The notes beneath the pieces are model-generated. The model was not told the origin of the DNA. It saw only the letters and a list, made by a program, of their open reading frames with translations, and did no database searches. DNA of 32,000 nucleotides from Anaerobium acetethylicum (GTDB lineage: Bacteria > Bacillota > Clostridia > Lachnospirales > Lachnospiraceae), in assembly GCF_900096945.1 (NCBI RefSeq), contig NZ_FMKA01000035.1:7203-39202 (forward strand). Direction: 5' to 3'. The position numbers and the translations under genes were made by a program. Positions 26,368 to 32,000 of the stretch are shown here, one piece after another. The stretch's first letter is position 1. Each line of letters starts with the position of its first letter.

Positions 26368-26578
26368 GGCGTTTGGCAGATATTTGGAACAGAGGTTGAA
26401 AGTAAGAAAATAATTACATGCTATAAATTTTTTCCATTACAACGTGATGCAGGAACTGGCACCGGCAATACGGATTTTAAGGGGAAAATTTATATAGATT
26501 ACCTATTAATTTATCCGGCAAAATGGCCGCGAGAGGACATATAATATGTCTTATAGTTTTTACAGGGAGGAAATGTAT

Positions 26579-27232
26579 ATGAAGTTTTTTATCGACACCG
26601 CAAAAGTAGAGGATATCAAAAAAGCAAATGACATGGGAGTAATCTGTGGGGTAACCACAAATCCTTCACTTATAGCAAAAGAAGGAAGAGTATTTGAAGA
26701 AGTTATCACTGAAATTACTTCAATCGTAGACGGACCAATCAGCGGCGAAGTGAAAGCAACAACTGTAGACGCTGAAAATATGATAAAAGAAGGCAGAGAA
26801 ATCGCAGCAATCCATCCAAACATGATAGTTAAGATCCCAATGACTGTTGAAGGTTTAAAAGCAGTTAAAGTCCTTACAGCAGAAGGAATCAAGACAAACG
26901 TAACATTAATCTTCTCAGCACCTCAGGCTCTCCTGGCAGCAAGAGCAGGCGCTTCCTACGTATCACCATTCCTTGGACGTTTAGATGACATTTCTATGCC
27001 TGGTATAGATTTAGTTAGAAGCATCGCGGACATCTTCAATGTTCACGGCATCGAAACAGAAATAATTGCAGCAAGTGTTCGTAACCCGATCCACGTAATC
27101 GACTGCGCGCTTGCAGGAGCAGACATTGCAACAGTTCCTTACAGCGTTATCGAGCAGATGACAAAACATCCACTGACTGATATTGGTATTGAAAAATTCC
27201 AGGCAGATTACAAAAGCGTTTTCGGAGAATAA
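26579..27232 (+). CDS. tal: Short-type transaldolase / fructose-6-phosphate aldolase family protein
   Basis: MKFFIDTA...GVTTNPSL, the Schiff-base region IVKIPMT and SPFLGRLDD are present. The ATG at 26579 has SD gggagga upstream and is preferred over 26546. Confidence 0.9.
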   Translation: MKFFIDTAKVEDIKKANDMGVICGVTTNPSLIAKEGRVFEEVITEITSIVDGPISGEVKATTVDAENMIKEGREIAAIHPNMIVKIPMTVEGLKAVKVLTAEGIKTNVTLIFSAPQALLAARAGASYVSPFLGRLDDISMPGIDLVRSIADIFNVHGIETEIIAASVRNPIHVIDCALAGADIATVPYSVIEQMTKHPLTDIGIEKFQADYKSVFGE

Positions 27233-27356
27233 TCCACAGAAGTCCCATTGCATGTTGGAAAAGAAATGGGAAGGCTGTAATTTGTTAAAAATTTGACAAA
27301 ACGAGGCTTAAAGCAAGACACAGTAAACAATAGAGTCAATTTAGGAGGATTTATAC

Positions 27357-29345
27357 ATGAATACTAATATAGACAGTATGTCAGTAAATGCACTGCGAGT
27401 TCTATCAGCAGATGCAGTTCAGAAAGCGAATTCCGGACACCCTGGACTTCCATTGGGATCTGCAGCTGTTACTTACGAATTATGGGCAAAACACATGAAA
27501 CATAATCCGAAAAATCCACAGTGGGCAAACAGGGACAGATTCGTTCTCTCAGCGGGACACGGCTCAGCGCTCCTTTATTCACTGCTTCACATGTTCGGAT
27601 ACGGAAATCTGTCCATAGAAGAAATCAAAAACTTCAGACAGTGGGGTTCACTGACTCCAGGACATCCTGAATACAAACATACAGTAGGCGTTGAAGCTAC
27701 AACAGGACCTCTTGGCGCAGGTATGGCAATGTCAGTTGGTATGGCAATGGCAGAAGCCCATCTGGCAGCTAAATTCAACAAAGAAAACTATGATGTAGTT
27801 GACCATTACACCTATGTTCTCGGCGGAGACGGCTGTATGATGGAAGGTATCTCCTCAGAAGCATTTTCACTCGCAGGGACATTAGGATTAAGCAAATTAA
27901 TCGTATTTTATGATTCAAACAATATCTCCATTGAAGGAAGCACAGACATCGCTTTCACCGAAAACGTTCAGAAGCGTTTTGAAGCTTTCGGATTCCAGAC
28001 ATTAGTTGTGGAAGATGGAAACAACCTGGAAGAAATCGGCGCTGCCATCGAAGCTGCAAAAGCAGACAAGACAAGACCTTCCATGATTACAGTTAAAACA
28101 CAGATCGGCTTCGGATGTCCTGCAAAACAGGGAAAAGCAGCAGCACACGGCGAACCACTCGGAGCAGATAACGTTGACGATATGAAAGACTGCCTCGGAT
28201 GGCCTTCAAAAGAACCATTCTTTGTTCCTGAAGAAGTTTATGCAAACTACAATGCAATCGTAGAAAAACTTGCAGGAGAAGAAGAAGAATGGAACAAGCT
28301 CTTTGCTGATTACAGTGCGAAATATCCTGAAATGAAAGAACTCTGGGATCAGTACTATGATGAAAATGCAGCTGAGAAGATTCTTGACAATGAAGACTTC
28401 TGGACATTCAGCGACAAGCCTGATGCAACACGTAACATTTCAGGAGCTCTTATCAACAAGCTGAAAGATCTTCTTCCAAACTTTATCGGAGGATCTGCAG
28501 ATTTAGCACCTTCTAACAAAACTGAAATGAAGGGAGCTGGAGACTTCTCGAAAGAAGACTATGCAGGACGCAACCTTCACTTTGGTGTCAGGGAATTAGC
28601 GATGGCAGCAATCGGAAACGGAATCGCACTTCACGGCGGCTTAAAAGCTTATGTTTCCACATTCTTCGTTTTTGCTGATTACGTAAAACCGATGGCAAGA
28701 CTTTCAGCACTCATGGGCCTTCCGTTAACTTATGTACTTACACACGACAGCATCGGTGTTGGTGAAGACGGACCTACTCATGAACCGATCGAACAGCTTG
28801 CGATGTTAAGGGCTATGCCGAACTTCAGCGTATTCAGACCAGCAGATGCTACTGAAACAGCTGTGGCATGGTACTATGCAGTTTCAAATAAGACAACACC
28901 TACAGCATTAGCACTCACAAGACAGAATCTGCCTAAATTAGCAGGCGCAAGCAAGGAAGCTTTAAAAGGCGGATATGTAATCGAAGATTCGGCGAAAGAA
29001 GTTCCGGATGCTATCTTAATGGCAAGCGGTTCTGAAGTTGAGCTTGCGATCAGGGCAAAAGAAGAACTTGCTAAAGACGGAATGGACGTAAGGGTTGTCA
29101 GCATGCCATGTATGGATCTTTACGAAAAACAGTCAGATGAATACAAAGAATCAGTTATGCCAAAAGCAGTCAGAAAAAGAGTTGCGATTGAAGCAGGAGC
29201 TGATTTCGGATGGGGCAAATATGTTGGTCTTGACGGCGCATACGTAACCATGAAAGGTTTCGGAGCAAGTGCACCTGCTAACATCCTTTTCGAAAAATTC
29301 GGATTCACAGTAGACAATGTAGTTAAAACAGTAAAAAGCCTGTAA
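27357..29345 (+). CDS. tkt: Transketolase
   Basis: SGHPG, the thiamine diphosphate motif GDGCMMEG...N and THDSIGVGEDGPTHEPIE are present. The SD aggagga lies upstream. Confidence 0.95.
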   Translation: MNTNIDSMSVNALRVLSADAVQKANSGHPGLPLGSAAVTYELWAKHMKHNPKNPQWANRDRFVLSAGHGSALLYSLLHMFGYGNLSIEEIKNFRQWGSLTPGHPEYKHTVGVEATTGPLGAGMAMSVGMAMAEAHLAAKFNKENYDVVDHYTYVLGGDGCMMEGISSEAFSLAGTLGLSKLIVFYDSNNISIEGSTDIAFTENVQKRFEAFGFQTLVVEDGNNLEEIGAAIEAAKADKTRPSMITVKTQIGFGCPAKQGKAAAHGEPLGADNVDDMKDCLGWPSKEPFFVPEEVYANYNAIVEKLAGEEEEWNKLFADYSAKYPEMKELWDQYYDENAAEKILDNEDFWTFSDKPDATRNISGALINKLKDLLPNFIGGSADLAPSNKTEMKGAGDFSKEDYAGRNLHFGVRELAMAAIGNGIALHGGLKAYVSTFFVFADYVKPMARLSALMGLPLTYVLTHDSIGVGEDGPTHEPIEQLAMLRAMPNFSVFRPADATETAVAWYYAVSNKTTPTALALTRQNLPKLAGASKEALKGGYVIEDSAKEVPDAILMASGSEVELAIRAKEELAKDGMDVRVVSMPCMDLYEKQSDEYKESVMPKAVRKRVAIEAGADFGWGKYVGLDGAYVTMKGFGASAPANILFEKFGFTVDNVVKTVKSL

Positions 29346-29360
29346 GATATAATAAAAAAG

Positions 29361-29392
29361 AGGGAAGCTGCATATCATGCAGCTTCCCTTTC
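29361..29392 (+). terminator. Terminator after tkt
   Basis: A 13-bp stem, agggaagctgcat with atgcagcttccct and a 3-nt loop, is followed by a short T-rich tail. An A-run lies upstream. Confidence 0.7.
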
Positions 29393-29429
29393 ATCTAAAA
29401 GCCTGTCATGATCAGGGGAAGGACAACCG

Positions 29430-29969
29430 ATGCAGCATATTGTTATGAGAAGAGCACAAAAGCTTAGAAATGATTGGAAAAAAGAATATTATGAAACCGT
29501 GCGGGATATCATAGAGCATCCTGTCATGCAGGAAATGAGGAAATACCAGCAGCACTGCCATACAGACTGCCTTCAGCATTGTGTGAATGTCTCATACCAC
29601 AATTATCTGATCTGCAGGGTTTTACGGCTCGATGCCAGGGCGGCGGCAAGAGCAGGCCTTCTTCATGATCTGTTTCTGTACGACTGGAGGCTTCATGCAG
29701 GGATTACCGGAGACCGCTTCCATGCAATGACACACCCGCGCAGAGCCTTAAGGAATGCGGAAAAATATTTTATGCTTAGCGAATTGGAAAAAGACATCAT
29801 ACTCAAACATATGTGGCCGCTTACAGTCATCCCTCCCAAAAGTTTGGAGAGCCTTATCATAGGAATTGTCGACAAGACCTGCGGCCTCTTTGAAATTTCG
29901 GAATTCTACTCTGAAAAATGGATGGCTGAAACTTCACAAAAGCTGTCCGGCAGAAAAAAAGAACGGTAA
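29430..29969 (+). CDS. HD-domain phosphohydrolase
   Basis: H...HD signature residues are present (QHCVNVSYH ... AGLLHDLFLYDW ... HM). The protein is 179 aa. Confidence 0.7.
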   Translation: MQHIVMRRAQKLRNDWKKEYYETVRDIIEHPVMQEMRKYQQHCHTDCLQHCVNVSYHNYLICRVLRLDARAAARAGLLHDLFLYDWRLHAGITGDRFHAMTHPRRALRNAEKYFMLSELEKDIILKHMWPLTVIPPKSLESLIIGIVDKTCGLFEISEFYSEKWMAETSQKLSGRKKER

Positions 29970-30040
29970 AATTTGTGCGTGCTATTATGATGGAAATAAG
30001 GTATAATCTGTGAAAAGATTAAAATAAAGGGCGTGAAGAT

Positions 30041-31288
30041 TTGAAAAAGACAGGACCAGTCCTGAGAAACATAAAAAAAGGAAACGTATATGGAGACGGA
30101 CAGAATAAAGCCGTATCAGATAAAAATAGAATTGGTGAAACCGGTAACGAATATGATGAAAAGATTAGAAAACACAGAAAATCCAGTCTCCTGAAATTTA
30201 TCATAATTGCCATAATAGCTGCGGCGGCATCAGCCGGCCTGTATTTTGCATGGCAGAACAAGGTTTACAGCAGTTATGAAGTGATTTCGAGTATTGAGCG
30301 AAAAGATACCGCTACCACAAAATACAAAGACTATAACGGAAAAATCATTAAATATGGAATGGATGGAGCATCCTGTACGGATGCCGACAATACAGCTCTC
30401 TGGAACCAGACCTATGAAATGCAGAATCCGATTATTGATATATGCGAAAATTATATTGCCATCGGAGATAAAAAAGGCAACAGCATCTACGTGTTCAATG
30501 CAGAAGGACTTCAGGGAGAGATTGACACATTGATGCCGATCCAGCAGATTGAGGTTTCCAGCCAGGGAGTAGTTGCAGCGGTACTGGAAGATGGGGAAGT
30601 AACCTGGATCAATTTCTATGACAAAGAAGGCAAGCTCCTCGTTGACAATAAAACAACAATGTCGAACAGCGGATATCCTATGGATATAGCGCTATCAAAC
30701 GATGGAGAGAAACTCGCCATATCCTATCTGCTTGTGAATTCGGGGGTCATCAAGACCAATATAGCCTTCTATAATTTCGGATCTGTTGGACAGAATGAAC
30801 TGGATAACCTTGTGAGCGGATATGAATATGACAAGACAGTTGTGCCATCCGTTGAATTTTTGAACAACACAACAGCAGCGGCGTTCGGCGATAATGAGAT
30901 ATCCCTGTATGTTGGAAGCCAGAAGCCTGTGGTTTCCGGTAAAATAGAAGTGAAAGATGAAATTAAAAGCATATTCTATAGTGAAGAATATATAGGTCTG
31001 GTATTTGATAATGATGACATTGAGAATAGATACAGGATGGTGATCTATGACCTGAATTGCAAGAAAATAATGGAAAAGGCTTTCAACAGAGACTATGATA
31101 CAATAAAGATAGAAGGAAAAAAAATAGTACTGTTTAATGAACTTGAATGCAGTATCTATAATTTCCGTGGCATAGAAAAATTCCATTCCGCTTTCGACAA
31201 TGAAATAATAGACGTCATACCGGTCAGCGGCTTTAATAAATATCTAATCATAAACGCATCAGAAACTGAAAAAATCAGACTGAAATAG
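30041..31288 (+). CDS. Single-pass membrane protein with a repeat-rich extracytoplasmic domain (resembles DUF5711, from memory)
   Basis: The start is TTG. A basic cytoplasmic N-terminus is followed by a TM helix (LLKFIIIAIIAAAASAGLYFAW) and then about 340 aa of beta-type repeats. The family assignment is unverified. Confidence 0.65.
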   Translation: MKKTGPVLRNIKKGNVYGDGQNKAVSDKNRIGETGNEYDEKIRKHRKSSLLKFIIIAIIAAAASAGLYFAWQNKVYSSYEVISSIERKDTATTKYKDYNGKIIKYGMDGASCTDADNTALWNQTYEMQNPIIDICENYIAIGDKKGNSIYVFNAEGLQGEIDTLMPIQQIEVSSQGVVAAVLEDGEVTWINFYDKEGKLLVDNKTTMSNSGYPMDIALSNDGEKLAISYLLVNSGVIKTNIAFYNFGSVGQNELDNLVSGYEYDKTVVPSVEFLNNTTAAAFGDNEISLYVGSQKPVVSGKIEVKDEIKSIFYSEEYIGLVFDNDDIENRYRMVIYDLNCKKIMEKAFNRDYDTIKIEGKKIVLFNELECSIYNFRGIEKFHSAFDNEIIDVIPVSGFNKYLIINASETEKIRLK

Positions 31289-31298
31289 GGGGGATTGC

Positions 31299-32000
31299 AT
31301 GAACTGGTTAACGGTTTTAGTTGTAATAATACTGGCAGGACTTGCTTTTAAGGGATATCGTCAGGGTTTTTTCAGAACGGTGTTTTCACTGGTATCCGTT
31401 GTGCTTACAATTGTTCTTGTTTTATTCGTTACACCTTATATCAGTGAATTTTTGCAGGAAAAAACACCGGTATTTCAAATCGTTAAGACCGAGGTGTCTG
31501 AAAAACTGTTATCTGAGGCAGGAACTGTGAATACGGACACTCCTGAGGGGCAGATCCAGGCGGTTGAAAGCTATAACATCCCGAAGGTCATGAAAAACCT
31601 GATTTTAGATAATAACAACGAGCAGACCTACAGACTGCTGGAGACTGCCGGGTTTTATGATTTTGCAGGCAGCTATATTGCAAGGCTGATTGTAAATGCC
31701 ATGGCCTTTGTGGCGGCCTTCCTCATTATTACGATATTTCTGCGTATGACCCTCTTCACCCTTGATATTATCACGGAAATACCTGTCATAAAAGGAGCGA
31801 ATAAAGTGGCTGGTCTGGTTGCCGGACTAGGCGAAGGATTGATTGTCGTGTGGATTTTGTTTCTGACGATTACGGCATTTTCCAAGGGAGAAAGCGGAAA
31901 AGCAATATTTGATATGATTGAGAACAGCCTTTTCCTGAATATTCTATATAATAACAACTGTATTTTGAAACTGATCTCAAGTGTGATTGCAATGCTGTAG
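31299..32000 (+). CDS. cvpA: CvpA-family membrane protein
   Basis: MNWLTVLVVIILAGLAFKGYRQGFFRTVFSLVSVVL is the typical CvpA N-terminus. Several TM helices follow. The stop codon TAG occupies the last three bases of the window. Confidence 0.8.
   Translation: MNWLTVLVVIILAGLAFKGYRQGFFRTVFSLVSVVLTIVLVLFVTPYISEFLQEKTPVFQIVKTEVSEKLLSEAGTVNTDTPEGQIQAVESYNIPKVMKNLILDNNNEQTYRLLETAGFYDFAGSYIARLIVNAMAFVAAFLIITIFLRMTLFTLDIITEIPVIKGANKVAGLVAGLGEGLIVVWILFLTITAFSKGESGKAIFDMIENSLFLNILYNNNCILKLISSVIAML

Noticed and set aside
1-32000. CRISPR arrays, insertion sequences, prophage or defence islands
   Set aside because: I did not see any regularly spaced direct repeats. No transposase, integrase, recombinase, restriction or phage-like translation appears in any frame of the ORF track. 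The gene content is core metabolism and information processing.

Overview
This window looks like a housekeeping chromosomal segment of a Clostridia or Lachnospiraceae-like Firmicute, transcribed almost entirely on the + strand. I did not see CRISPR arrays, transposases, integrases or phage genes.

Two gene blocks match Bacillus subtilis origin-proximal synteny. The first is rsmI-abrB-[insert]-metG-tatD-rsmA. The second is tadA-SRP RNA-[insert]-dnaX-ybaB-recR.

Other content: a T-box(Met) leader before metG; an FMN riboswitch-controlled ribD-ribE-ribBA-ribH operon; tal-tkt; pfkA; an HD-GYP phosphodiesterase with an AIM24-family gene; nrdG plus a GNAT gene; an NlpC/P60 hydrolase plus a GNAT gene; an HD hydrolase; a DUF5711-like membrane protein; and cvpA.

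RNA genes are a long Bacillus-type SRP RNA and one antisense-oriented tRNA-Ser(CGA).

The stretches that these annotations do not explain are:
1. About 330 nt between the SRP RNA and tRNA-Ser. It holds a roughly 200-nt imperfect palindrome, then a promoter-like site, a Shine-Dalgarno (SD) sequence and a 29-codon hydrophobic ORF.
2. A 1083-aa membrane-anchored protein with no family I recognise, inserted with a MarR regulator and a DUF885 lipoprotein into the abrB-metG junction.
3. A 198-nt hairpin-rich spacer inside the rib operon.
4. A near-consensus orphan promoter plus a 31-codon Cys-containing ORF upstream of tal.

All family calls come from reading the translations and motifs by eye. No database search was run.
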